Part shown: positions 52,915 to 62,092 of the stretch, in pieces
Layout of the letters: each line of letters begins with the position of its first letter
How positions within the stretch are numbered: the stretch's first letter is position 1
NCBI GenBank assembly: GCA_937927515.1
Contig: CALBDO010000001.1
Location: forward strand, 21,773-85,772
Reading direction: 5' to 3'
Length of the DNA stretch: 64,000 nt
Source: Candidatus Kapaibacterium sp.
GTDB taxonomy: Bacteria; Bacteroidota; Ignavibacteria; Kapaibacteriales; UBA2268
The notes under the pieces: model-generated
Seen by the model: the letters and a program-made list of their open reading frames with translations, nothing else
The model's database searches: none
Told to the model about the DNA's origin: nothing
Made by a program: the position numbers and the translations under genes

Positions 52915-52934
52915 ATTTTATCATCTATAAAGTT

Positions 52935-53702
52935 ATGAAAATAATTCGTTTTGTATTAACATATTCTTTGTCTTTATTTGCTATAATGTCAATTACTTTT
53001 GGCTGTAGCACACCAAAAAGGGAGGAAATTCATTCAGCAGATGTACTTTTCCTAAAAGCAAAACAAGAGTTGGACAAAAAAAGATATGAAGAGGCCGAGA
53101 AATACTTCGATTTACTTAAACTTCACTTTCCAGCTAGTCAATATGCTGATGACGCGCAATATTATCTTGGAATAATCAATTTCGAAAAAAACAATTACAT
53201 TATGGCTTCCTTTCATTTCTCTACACTTCGGAAATGGTATCCTAATAGCGAATATTGCAAAGAGGCTTTGTTTAAAACTGCAATGTGCTACTATAACTTG
53301 TCTCCACCTTTTGATAGGGAACAAGAATACACTTTCAAAGCAATCGAGTATTTTCTTGAATTTCAAAATACCTATCCCAACGATACCTTAACCAATTTTG
53401 CAAACATTTATCTGAAAGAACTTAGAAATAAACTTGCTTACAGAAATTACTTTACAGCCTACTTGTACTACAAATGGCAAAGTTATCGCTCTGCGTTAAT
53501 ATATATCGATATTGTTCTTGATGAATACCCCGAAACAGACTTCGCTGAAGACGCTCTATGGTTAAAGATTCAAATCTATAATGACCAAGGCTTTTATTTG
53601 GATTTAGAAGAGCTATTAACACAATATAAACAAAAGTTTCCTAAAGGCAAATATCTTGTTCGAGTGGAAACTTTATCCAATTCACATAGAGCAAAACAAT
53701 GA
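52935..53702 (+). CDS. bamD: Outer membrane protein assembly factor BamD
   Basis: Lipobox ITFGC, TPR repeats, SPPFDREQEYT..AI..F..F...YP, LRNKLA, YPETDFAEDAL. Confidence 0.9.
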   Translation: MKIIRFVLTYSLSLFAIMSITFGCSTPKREEIHSADVLFLKAKQELDKKRYEEAEKYFDLLKLHFPASQYADDAQYYLGIINFEKNNYIMASFHFSTLRKWYPNSEYCKEALFKTAMCYYNLSPPFDREQEYTFKAIEYFLEFQNTYPNDTLTNFANIYLKELRNKLAYRNYFTAYLYYKWQSYRSALIYIDIVLDEYPETDFAEDALWLKIQIYNDQGFYLDLEELLTQYKQKFPKGKYLVRVETLSNSHRAKQ

Positions 53703-54673
53703 ATGCCAAAGCATTTAAAATCCTCATACTAGTGTTTTGTTGTATTAACTTTTCAAATGTTTACGCACTTAAGCCCTATGCCATTATAGTTCACGGTGGA
53801 GCTGGAACTTATAGTACAGATTCATCTGAAAATCACCAAATTAAACATGTTCTGCTTTCAGCGGTTGAAAAAGGATATTCAATATTAGAAAGTGGCGGTT
53901 CATCTCTTGATGCTGTTGAATCTGCGATAAACATTTTAGAAAACTCCTTTCTCTTTAATGCCGGGCGGGGTTCAGTTCTAAACGAAGAGGGTTTTGTAGA
54001 AATGGACGCATCCATAATGGAAGGAAAAAACTTGCAGGCTGGAGCAGTTGCCGGGGTTCGAAATTACCCAAATCCAATCTCACTTGCTCGTCTAGTTATG
54101 GAAAAAACCCCACACGTGCTTTTTGCCGGTGAAGGGATTAATAGGTTATTAGAAAAATTCAAGCTTCCCAAAATACCCCCCGACTCACTTAAATATCGAC
54201 CAAAAAATGAGGAGCACACAAAATCCCCTAAAGAAAAACGCGGGACTGTTGGTGCTGTTGCGATTGATATGTATGGCAATATATCCGCTGGTACCTCAAC
54301 AGGTGGAGTATCAAACAAGATGGTAGGTCGAGTTGGCGACTCTCCCATTATTGGCGCTGGTACTTATGCAAAAAATTCCACGTGTGGTGTATCATGTACT
54401 GGTTTAGGTGAATTTTTTATTCGTCAAAGTGCTGCATTCCAAGTCTCTGCATTAATGGAATTTGCTCAATATTCATTAAGTAAAGCTGTCACCTATGTTT
54501 TAAACGAAATTTATAAAATGGGAGCCTCCGGCGGGATTATTGCAATCGACAAAGATGGAAACCCAGCTTTTGATTACACTACTCAAGGCATGCCCTGTGC
54601 TTTTAAAAGTAGCAATGGTGTTTCCTGGATAATAATTTTTAAGAATGAGCTTGAAAAAAATAATCACAAGTAA
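53699..54673 (+). CDS. iaaA: Isoaspartyl peptidase/L-asparaginase (Ntn hydrolase), with signal peptide
   Basis: VHGGAG, FNAGRGS, EMDASIM, GTVGAVA (Thr nucleophile), GRVGDSP, TGLGE. Confidence 0.9.
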   Translation: MNAKAFKILILVFCCINFSNVYALKPYAIIVHGGAGTYSTDSSENHQIKHVLLSAVEKGYSILESGGSSLDAVESAINILENSFLFNAGRGSVLNEEGFVEMDASIMEGKNLQAGAVAGVRNYPNPISLARLVMEKTPHVLFAGEGINRLLEKFKLPKIPPDSLKYRPKNEEHTKSPKEKRGTVGAVAIDMYGNISAGTSTGGVSNKMVGRVGDSPIIGAGTYAKNSTCGVSCTGLGEFFIRQSAAFQVSALMEFAQYSLSKAVTYVLNEIYKMGASGGIIAIDKDGNPAFDYTTQGMPCAFKSSNGVSWIIIFKNELEKNNHK

Positions 54674-54724
54674 ATGTTCAATATTTTTAAATGTTTTTTG
54701 TCTATAATAAGTCAATAGATTGCT

Positions 54725-55123
54725 ATGAAAATGCAACGCATAATGCTAAAATCAAAAATTCACAGAGCAAAAATAACAGATGCAAATCTTTATTATGAAG
54801 GTAGTTTTACTATTGACGAAGATTTACTCGAAGTGGCTAATATATTACCATATGAAAGAGTTTCAGTTGTAAATATTAACAATGGTGAAAGATTCGATAC
54901 TTATGTTATTCCTGGGGAACGAGGAAGTAGACAATTTTGCTTAAATGGCGCTGCTGCCCGCAAAGGTGCAATTGGGGACGAAGTAATTGTAATTAGCTAC
55001 AGTATTTATACCGAAGACGAAATAAAAAATTATGAGCCAATAATAGTACTTTTGGACCAAAACAACAACATAGTTGAAGTTTCGCATAAGACCGAACCTT
55101 ACAAAATCGTAAACAAGAGGTAA
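54725..55123 (+). CDS. panD: Aspartate 1-decarboxylase
   Basis: KSKIHRA, YEG/S self-cleavage site, [15 protein letters not shown]. Confidence 0.96.
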   Translation: MKMQRIMLKSKIHRAKITDANLYYEGSFTIDEDLLEVANILPYERVSVVNINNGERFDTYVIPGERGSRQFCLNGAAARKGAIGDEVIVISYSIYTEDEIKNYEPIIVLLDQNNNIVEVSHKTEPYKIVNKR

Positions 55124-55127
55124 AAAA

Positions 55128-55871
55128 GTGCTTGGTATAGCGATTCTCGCTGCCGGTAAAGGAAAGAGAATGAATTCTCCAGAACAACCCAAAGTTCTTG
55201 CATTGTTAAATTCAAAGTCGCTTTTAGGTTATGTTTTGGATACTGCTTTAACTTTAAATCCCTTGAAAATTTATGTTATAGTTGGGTACAAAAAGAATTT
55301 GGTCGTCGATTTTGTAAATAAATTCTATCCATATCAATTTATTGAAATAGTTGAGCAAAAGGAACAACTTGGCACTGGACACGCTATTCTTCAATTGAAA
55401 AATGTTATCGACTTAAGAATTGATGATTTACTTATTTTATCGGGAGATGTTCCCCTAATTACCTCGCAAACCTTAAAAAAATTTATCCAATTTCACATTG
55501 ATGGCAAATTTGATTTGTCATTGATTTCAACCATTGTAAACAATCCAAGTGGTTACGGTAGAATAATTAGGGAAATTAATGGAAAAGTATTATGTATTGT
55601 TGAAGATAAAGACTTAAAACCAGGTGAAGAACAAATTAACGAAATCAATGCTGGAATTTATATATTTCGAATTGAAAATCTGTTTAATTTTTTGCAATTC
55701 GTCAAAAATGACAATGCCCAGCGAGAATATTATCTTACAGATTTAGTCGAGATTTATCGACAAAATGAAAAATCCATTGGTGCTTTTCTCATTGAAAATC
55801 ACCGAGAGGTCTTAGGCATTAACACACAACAAGAACTATTACATCTTGAGGAAATTGTTTCACAAAAGTAA
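55128..55871 (+). CDS. GlmU-like N-terminal uridylyltransferase domain only
   Basis: ILAAGKGKRM..PKVL, QLGTGHA, GDVPL, GYGRIIR, EINAGIY, NAQREYYLTD; ends before the hexapeptide acetyltransferase domain; GTG start. Confidence 0.88.
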   Translation: MLGIAILAAGKGKRMNSPEQPKVLALLNSKSLLGYVLDTALTLNPLKIYVIVGYKKNLVVDFVNKFYPYQFIEIVEQKEQLGTGHAILQLKNVIDLRIDDLLILSGDVPLITSQTLKKFIQFHIDGKFDLSLISTIVNNPSGYGRIIREINGKVLCIVEDKDLKPGEEQINEINAGIYIFRIENLFNFLQFVKNDNAQREYYLTDLVEIYRQNEKSIGAFLIENHREVLGINTQQELLHLEEIVSQK

Positions 55872-55879
55872 AATAAATA

Positions 55880-56308
55880 ATGATATTAGGAATAAATCAC
55901 ATTGGAATAGCTGTTTTAAACATAGAAGAAAGTTTAAAAATATTCAAGAAGATTTTTGAGTTTGATAATTTGCATATTGAAACCGTTGAATCACAAAAGG
56001 TCAGAATTGCCTCTTTTAACGTTGGTAATGTTTTAATCGAACTTACAGAACCAACTGCAGAAGACTCTCCCATAATGAAATTTATACAAAAGAAAGGTGA
56101 AGGTATCCACCACATTGCTTTCGAAGTAGACACATTAGCTAATGAATTAACTAGACTACGAGATAACAATATTATTCTTGTAAATCAAAATCCTGTCGAA
56201 GGAGCAAACAATATGTTAATATCTTTTATACACCCAAAATCTACAAGTGGGGTTTTGATTGAGCTTTGTCAAAAAAACAATGTTATGTTTAACAATAATA
56301 AACATTGA
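55880..56308 (+). CDS. mce: Methylmalonyl-CoA epimerase
   Basis: HIGIAV, Q.V, IELTEP, GEGIHHIAF, FIHPKST.GVLIEL. Confidence 0.92.
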   Translation: MILGINHIGIAVLNIEESLKIFKKIFEFDNLHIETVESQKVRIASFNVGNVLIELTEPTAEDSPIMKFIQKKGEGIHHIAFEVDTLANELTRLRDNNIILVNQNPVEGANNMLISFIHPKSTSGVLIELCQKNNVMFNNNKH

Positions 56309-56310
56309 AA

Positions 56311-56940
56311 ATGCCGCTATTAATTTTAGTCAGACATGGCGAATCTGAATGGAACTTGCAAAACCGCTTTACTGGTTGGGTTGATATAGACCTATCACCT
56401 CGTGGAATTGAAGAAGCCCATCAAGCCGGAAAAATACTAAAAAAGCAAAATTACCGCATCGACGCTGTTTTTACTTCCGTACTTAAACGAGCAATTAGAA
56501 CAACTGAAATAATTCTCGAGGAGCTGGGGTTAAATGGAATGCCATATCAAAAGAACCAAGCTCTAAACGAAAGACATTATGGAGACTTGCAAGGTATGAA
56601 TAAAACTGAAATCGGAGAAAAATATGGTTTCGAGCAATTAAAAATTTGGAGAAGAAGCTACGATGTTGCCCCTCCAGGTGGTGAATCATTAAAAGACACA
56701 CAAGAAAGGGTCCTGCCCTACTACCACAAAGAAATTGAACCTTTGTTGCGCCAAGGCAAAAATGTTCTTATCTCCGCCCACGGTAACTCTCTTCGTGCAT
56801 TAGTGATGTTCTTGGAAAATCTTTCTAAAGAGGAGGTCTTAGAATTGAATATTCCTACGGGGGTTCCTTACGTTTACGAATTGGATGCAAATTTAAATAT
56901 CATCAACAAAATCATTTTGGAAAACAAGGTAGAACTATGA
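56311..56940 (+). CDS. gpmA: 2,3-bisphosphoglycerate-dependent phosphoglycerate mutase
   Basis: LVRHGESEWN..NRFTGW, LNERHYG, WRRSYD, AHGNSLR. Confidence 0.96.
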   Translation: MPLLILVRHGESEWNLQNRFTGWVDIDLSPRGIEEAHQAGKILKKQNYRIDAVFTSVLKRAIRTTEIILEELGLNGMPYQKNQALNERHYGDLQGMNKTEIGEKYGFEQLKIWRRSYDVAPPGGESLKDTQERVLPYYHKEIEPLLRQGKNVLISAHGNSLRALVMFLENLSKEEVLELNIPTGVPYVYELDANLNIINKIILENKVEL

Positions 56941-58610
56941 AAAAATTAATATATATAGCCTTTCTAATTATTATTTGTCTTACGTCGAACTTTATTCACG
57001 CCCAAGATGAAAAGATAATTGTTAGTTCTTTAAAGAAAGAACTGGCTCGATTTCTTGACAAGCTAAAAACAGAACAATATCCTCCCTACTACCTTAGTTA
57101 CATTGTCTTCGATATTGAAACAGCAACGATTAGTAATTCTTTTGGTCGCACTGCAACTAAGAATAACTCAAGAAATAAGATTTTAAACATAGATTTGAGA
57201 GTTGGTAATTATACGCTCGACAACACACACAAAACTGAAATTGACGCATTTTCATTTTCTTCATATCAAAATACAAAATTACCACTAATAGGAGATGAAA
57301 AAGCACTACGCACATCTATCTGGAATGCTACGGAAAAAGCATATAAGGACGCAACGAAACAATACCAAAGTGTTTTATCAAATAGAGCTTTAAAAGTCAA
57401 AGAGGAAGATACCTCGGCGGATTTTACTCAGGAAATCCCACCTACGATATATTTCGAACCCAAAGAGACTTATAGAATTGATTTAGACAAATGGGAACGG
57501 ATATTTAGGAGAGTATCTACTTTATTTCGCCAAAATAAATGGTTACTTGATGGAAAAATCTCATTCTCATTCGAAAATCAATATAAAATCTTCGTAGATT
57601 CTGAGGGAGCCGAAATATCTCAAAATCAACCTAAATTTAGAATAAACATTTTTGTCAGAACCAAAGCTGATGATGGAATGGTTCTATATCTTTCAAAGAA
57701 CTTTTTTGGTTTCAAAGAAGAGGAACTTCCACCAGAAGATTCAATTAAATCTGCTTTGGTTGAATTAATCGATAAATTAAAAAAACTAACCAATGCTCCC
57801 TTAATGGAAACATATTCTGGACCAGCCATACTTAAAGGGGAAGCCTCTGGTGTGTTCTTCCATGAAATATTAGGACATCGTGCCGAGGGTCATCGGCAGA
57901 AGGACCCACGCTCTGCGCAAACATTTAAGTCTTTCCTAAATAAACAAGTTCTTCCAGAATTTATTGATGTTGTTTTCGATCCAACAATCTCGGAACTCAA
58001 TGGCACGAAGCTTTCTGGATTTTATAAATACGACGACGAGGGCGTAAAAGCACAGAAAGTTGTATGCATTGAAAACGGAATTTTCAAAAATTTTATCATG
58101 TCGCGTTCTCCAATCGAGAATTTTCCTAAATCAAATGGCCACGGAAGAAAAAGTTATGGCTACCGTGCTGTTGCAAGACAATCGAATTTAATAGTGGAAT
58201 CCTCTAAAAAAGTCCCTTTTGCAAAATTGAGGGAAATGTTAATTGAAGAATGCAAAAGACAAGGAAAGGAGTATGGGTTACTTTTCGAAAAAGTAGAAGG
58301 GGGTTTTACTTTTACAAGCAGAACCATACCAAATGCTTTTAATGTTTTACCAATAGTTGTATATAAAGTCTATACTGATGGACGCCCTGATGAATTAGTA
58401 CGTGGTGTAGATTTAATTGGTACTCCATTGACTACTTTTTCCAATATTACTGCTACAGCTGATGATATGGAAGTCTTCAATGGAATTTGCGGTGCAGAAT
58501 CTGGACCAGTCCCAGTCTCGGCTGCTTCCCCAAGTATTTTAGTATCAAAAATTGAAGTTCAGAAAAAAGAAAAATCCGAAGAAAAACCACCAGTTTTGCC
58601 TTCTCCCTAA
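56937..58610 (+). CDS. TldD-like metalloprotease with N-terminal signal peptide
   Basis: HEILGH zinc motif, DDEGV, NGHGR, RQSN, GICG...VPV (TldD Cys ligand motif); SPI-like MKKLIYIAFLIIICLTSNFIHA-Q. Confidence 0.85.
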   Translation: MKKLIYIAFLIIICLTSNFIHAQDEKIIVSSLKKELARFLDKLKTEQYPPYYLSYIVFDIETATISNSFGRTATKNNSRNKILNIDLRVGNYTLDNTHKTEIDAFSFSSYQNTKLPLIGDEKALRTSIWNATEKAYKDATKQYQSVLSNRALKVKEEDTSADFTQEIPPTIYFEPKETYRIDLDKWERIFRRVSTLFRQNKWLLDGKISFSFENQYKIFVDSEGAEISQNQPKFRINIFVRTKADDGMVLYLSKNFFGFKEEELPPEDSIKSALVELIDKLKKLTNAPLMETYSGPAILKGEASGVFFHEILGHRAEGHRQKDPRSAQTFKSFLNKQVLPEFIDVVFDPTISELNGTKLSGFYKYDDEGVKAQKVVCIENGIFKNFIMSRSPIENFPKSNGHGRKSYGYRAVARQSNLIVESSKKVPFAKLREMLIEECKRQGKEYGLLFEKVEGGFTFTSRTIPNAFNVLPIVVYKVYTDGRPDELVRGVDLIGTPLTTFSNITATADDMEVFNGICGAESGPVPVSAASPSILVSKIEVQKKEKSEEKPPVLPSP

Positions 58611-58617
58611 AAATATA

Positions 58618-59169
58618 ATGAAAATGAACACTGAATACTACGAAAAACAAAAAATCAACAACTTAATAACGGGACTAATAATATTCTTTGCAGGAGTGTT
58701 GCCGCTTGGTTCAATTCTTTACTCATATTACCTTCTTTTCGTAAGACAAACCAACACTATTTCGTCTAAAAGCCAAGAAACTCTCACATTATCATCTGTA
58801 GTTGTATTGTTGTTGTCAATATTTATTATATATTTATTTCTGTCTTTGAAATTAGAAATTAAAGTAAACAATAATGGTATATATTTTAGATTCTTCCCAT
58901 TCCACAAAAAGTTTCGACTTATACCATTTACTGATATCAAAAATTTTAGAATTAGAAGATTTAGACCTATACTTGAATACGGTGGTTGGGGTATAAGGTA
59001 TAGCATAAAAAGGAATGGAGTTGGATATACTATCTCTGGCAAGTACGGCTTGCAATTGGAATTACATTCTAACAAGAGGCTTCTCATTGGAGTAAAATAT
59101 CCAGAAGCAATCTTGAATGCTATGAATTTGTTTATTCCAGAAAAACATATTTTAAACCAAAATGAGTGA
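58618..59169 (+). CDS. Two-TM membrane protein with YGGWGIR motif (DUF6141/bacterial PH-like)
   Basis: Two hydrophobic helices followed by GIYFRFFPFH...EYGGWGIR...G..GLQL...LLIG; ATG 58618 preferred. Confidence 0.7.
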   Translation: MKMNTEYYEKQKINNLITGLIIFFAGVLPLGSILYSYYLLFVRQTNTISSKSQETLTLSSVVVLLLSIFIIYLFLSLKLEIKVNNNGIYFRFFPFHKKFRLIPFTDIKNFRIRRFRPILEYGGWGIRYSIKRNGVGYTISGKYGLQLELHSNKRLLIGVKYPEAILNAMNLFIPEKHILNQNE

Positions 59170-60938
59170 AACGTATGAAAAAATTACAATGTCTTTTTGT
59201 TATAATTTTTACTATTGCTTGTTTCTACAGCACAAGTGCAATTAGTCATTTCGAAATACTTCAGGCTTTAAAAACCGAACTAAAACGTTCCATGGATAGT
59301 CTTTACATCGAAAACCTTCCAAAACCTTATTTTATAGAATATTCCTTAAAAGTGTCTGACGTCTACCGAGCAACCTCATTCTTAGGTTCTATTGTGGACT
59401 CGAACACCACCAAAAAAGCTACAATAAACGTAAAACTACGGGTCGGGGATTATCGACTGGACAACACAAACTATCTTGACTTTTCATTTAGTTTTTTCTT
59501 TGGTGGTTTAGAAGAAAGTTCTTCGACACGCTCTGTACCAATCGATTTTGATTATTACTCTCTGCGAAGAGAACTTTGGCTTGCGACTGATTTTGCCTAC
59601 AAAAGTTCGGCTAAAACATATTCAAAAAAAATTGCCACTTTAAAGAACAGAATAATAAAAGATACATTACCAGATTTTGCACTTGCAAAACCTTATAAGT
59701 TTATCGACACTGGATTCACTTCCCCTGCTATAGATTTTTCCAAAATTTGCATAATGATAAAAAACCTATCTGATATATACAGAGATTACCCTCTGATTAA
59801 TAATTCCTTTGTTTCATTTGAATATATCAAAGACGTTGTTTACTACGTGAATAGCGAGGGAAGCGAATATATAAAGCCCAATTTCTTCACTGGATTTGAA
59901 ACCGCCGGCTCGCTGCAAGCTCCCGATGGCATGCCTTTAAATAATTTTTACTCCGTTTACTCCACAACACCAAACAATTTACCATCCTACGATTCATTAC
60001 AAAGAGCTGTTAAATCAATTTGCAAAAACTTGACCGAGCTACGCAACTCCAATACTTTAGAAGATTCATACTCTGGTCCAATTCTATTCACTGAACAAGC
60101 TGCAGGTGAAATCTTTGCACAAGTTTTTCTTCCTAATCTTGTTGCTCAACGCCCACTATTAAGCGAACAAGGTACACAACAGCTTTCCCGTTATAATGCA
60201 TTTCAAACAAAAATCGGTGGAAGAGTATTACCAGATTTTATGTCTGTCCATTCTGTTCCTTTGAAAAGCGAGTTTAACAATATACCGCTTATAGGACATT
60301 TCAAGGTAGATGACGAAGGAACACCAGCTGAGAACTTAACACTTGTAGAAAACGGTTATTTAAAAACATTACTTGCCAATCGTACCCCTACCAAAAGAAT
60401 CCTAAAATCGAATGGCAATGACCGCAATGGTTCGCCAATGTTCAGCAACATAGAAATTGTATCGAATAGTAAATATAGTAAACCATATAGAGAACTAAAA
60501 CAAAAACTTATCCAGCTTTGCAAACAAAGAGAATTGCCCTATGGTATTATTGTAAAAAAAGTTATGAACCAAAACATTTACGCCACAGTCTTTCCACTGA
60601 TTTCCCCAATAGAATTTAAATTCTCCGGTGAACAAAATGTTATAACAGTGGTCGAAGCCTACAAAGTGTATCCAGATGGACATGAAGAACTAATTCGAGG
60701 GGGTGAACTCAAAGGAATTACACCGCAATCATTTAAGGACATAATACTTGTAGGAAATAAAACGTATTTACTCAACCTACTTGCACCAGTAATTTCTTCT
60801 TCCTTTTCATCTGGTGGTTATGTGAGTGCTTCGATTTTAGCTCCTGATTTACTTTTTGAAGATGCGGAAATTCGCCCGATGGATTTCGACTTTCCCAAGC
60901 CACCATATCTTGAAAATCCTTTAATATTGAATGATTAA
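59166..60938 (+). CDS. TldE/PmbA-like non-catalytic subunit with N-terminal signal peptide
   Basis: Paralogous to the upstream TldD-like gene (LRVGDY.LDNT, YSGPIL, DDEG, YKVY.DG..EL.RG) but lacks HExxH; signal peptide MKKLQCLFVIIFTIACFYSTSA. Confidence 0.8.
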   Translation: MKRMKKLQCLFVIIFTIACFYSTSAISHFEILQALKTELKRSMDSLYIENLPKPYFIEYSLKVSDVYRATSFLGSIVDSNTTKKATINVKLRVGDYRLDNTNYLDFSFSFFFGGLEESSSTRSVPIDFDYYSLRRELWLATDFAYKSSAKTYSKKIATLKNRIIKDTLPDFALAKPYKFIDTGFTSPAIDFSKICIMIKNLSDIYRDYPLINNSFVSFEYIKDVVYYVNSEGSEYIKPNFFTGFETAGSLQAPDGMPLNNFYSVYSTTPNNLPSYDSLQRAVKSICKNLTELRNSNTLEDSYSGPILFTEQAAGEIFAQVFLPNLVAQRPLLSEQGTQQLSRYNAFQTKIGGRVLPDFMSVHSVPLKSEFNNIPLIGHFKVDDEGTPAENLTLVENGYLKTLLANRTPTKRILKSNGNDRNGSPMFSNIEIVSNSKYSKPYRELKQKLIQLCKQRELPYGIIVKKVMNQNIYATVFPLISPIEFKFSGEQNVITVVEAYKVYPDGHEELIRGGELKGITPQSFKDIILVGNKTYLLNLLAPVISSSFSSGGYVSASILAPDLLFEDAEIRPMDFDFPKPPYLENPLILND

Positions 60939-62091
60939 ATTTTGTGATAATATGAACTCTAAATCAGAAGACTTTGGGGCTAAAACACTCTCTCTTTTGT
61001 ACAGACATCGTTTTCTTATACTTGCTTTCGTATTCGTTGTAACTTCAGCTTCAATTGTTATTTCATTGCTCCTACCAAACGAGTACACTGCAAAAGTAAA
61101 CGCTGTTCCACCCAAAACAACCACCTCATCAGTGGAATCTTTAATCGGCGGCTTAAGCTCGACTTTAAGGGATATAGGGCTTTCAAAATTGGGAGGTAAA
61201 ACCGATGGAGCTTATTCTTTCTTAGTCATTCTCGATAGTAGAACCGTAAAAGATAGCTTAATAAATAAATACAGATTCGACACAATTTACAACATTCCAA
61301 AATCAAAAATGACAAAACTACGCAAGAAGTTTGAAGAAAATTTGGAAATCACCCTTGAACCAGAAGGCAATTACGTAATCTACTTTACAGATAAAAACCC
61401 AATTCGGGCTGCAAACGTCGCAAACGACTATGTCGCAATCTCCAACTCTGTTGCTCAAAAAATCGTCCAAACAGAAGCTGCATACAACAGGGAGTATCTT
61501 GAAAAAAGAATTTCAAGCATTGATACGTTAATAACTGTATATTTAGATTCACTTCAAAAATTTTCACAAAAAAACCTAATCTTCTCCCCCGACGAGCAAG
61601 TAAAAGCAATCAGTTCAAGTTACATTGATTTAAAAGCAAACAAAATTTCACAAGAAATTCTTTATGAACTTTATAAAACAAGATACGGAGAAAACGACCC
61701 AGTAACTTTTTCTCAAAAAAACATACTTGATAATCTTAGTCGAAAACTTAAGGAATTTGAGGACAAGCCGGGTTTTGTGGGGAATTTTCCACTCAAATCC
61801 CTTACAAAAGTTGGGGGTGAATTCCTTCGTCTTTATGCAGAATTAGAAACATTTACGAAAGTAAAATCTTTTCTTCTACCCTATCTCGAAGAAAATCGAT
61901 TAAATGAACATCGACAATTACAATACTTAATTATTCTCGACAAAGCAACACCACCAGACCAAAAGTCGAAACCCAAAAGGTCCCTAATTGTTCTTGGTTC
62001 TTTTTTCGGCTCCTTCATTTTGATTGCCTTTCTCTTAATTATTTATGACAATTATTTAAACCTACTAAAAAAATTAAAAAACGTAAGCTAA
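60931..62091 (+). CDS. Wzz/GumC-like polysaccharide chain-length regulator
   Basis: N- and C-terminal TM helices flanking a coiled-coil periplasmic domain; LPNEY, LDKATPP..KSKPKR. Confidence 0.85.
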   Translation: MIKFCDNMNSKSEDFGAKTLSLLYRHRFLILAFVFVVTSASIVISLLLPNEYTAKVNAVPPKTTTSSVESLIGGLSSTLRDIGLSKLGGKTDGAYSFLVILDSRTVKDSLINKYRFDTIYNIPKSKMTKLRKKFEENLEITLEPEGNYVIYFTDKNPIRAANVANDYVAISNSVAQKIVQTEAAYNREYLEKRISSIDTLITVYLDSLQKFSQKNLIFSPDEQVKAISSSYIDLKANKISQEILYELYKTRYGENDPVTFSQKNILDNLSRKLKEFEDKPGFVGNFPLKSLTKVGGEFLRLYAELETFTKVKSFLLPYLEENRLNEHRQLQYLIILDKATPPDQKSKPKRSLIVLGSFFGSFILIAFLLIIYDNYLNLLKKLKNVS

Positions 62092-62092
62092 A

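Noticed and set aside
56937-60938. Classical RiPP (microcin B17-like) cluster around TldD/E
   Set aside because: No YcaO, precursor peptide or exporter is in the window, and the flanks are gpmA and wzz.
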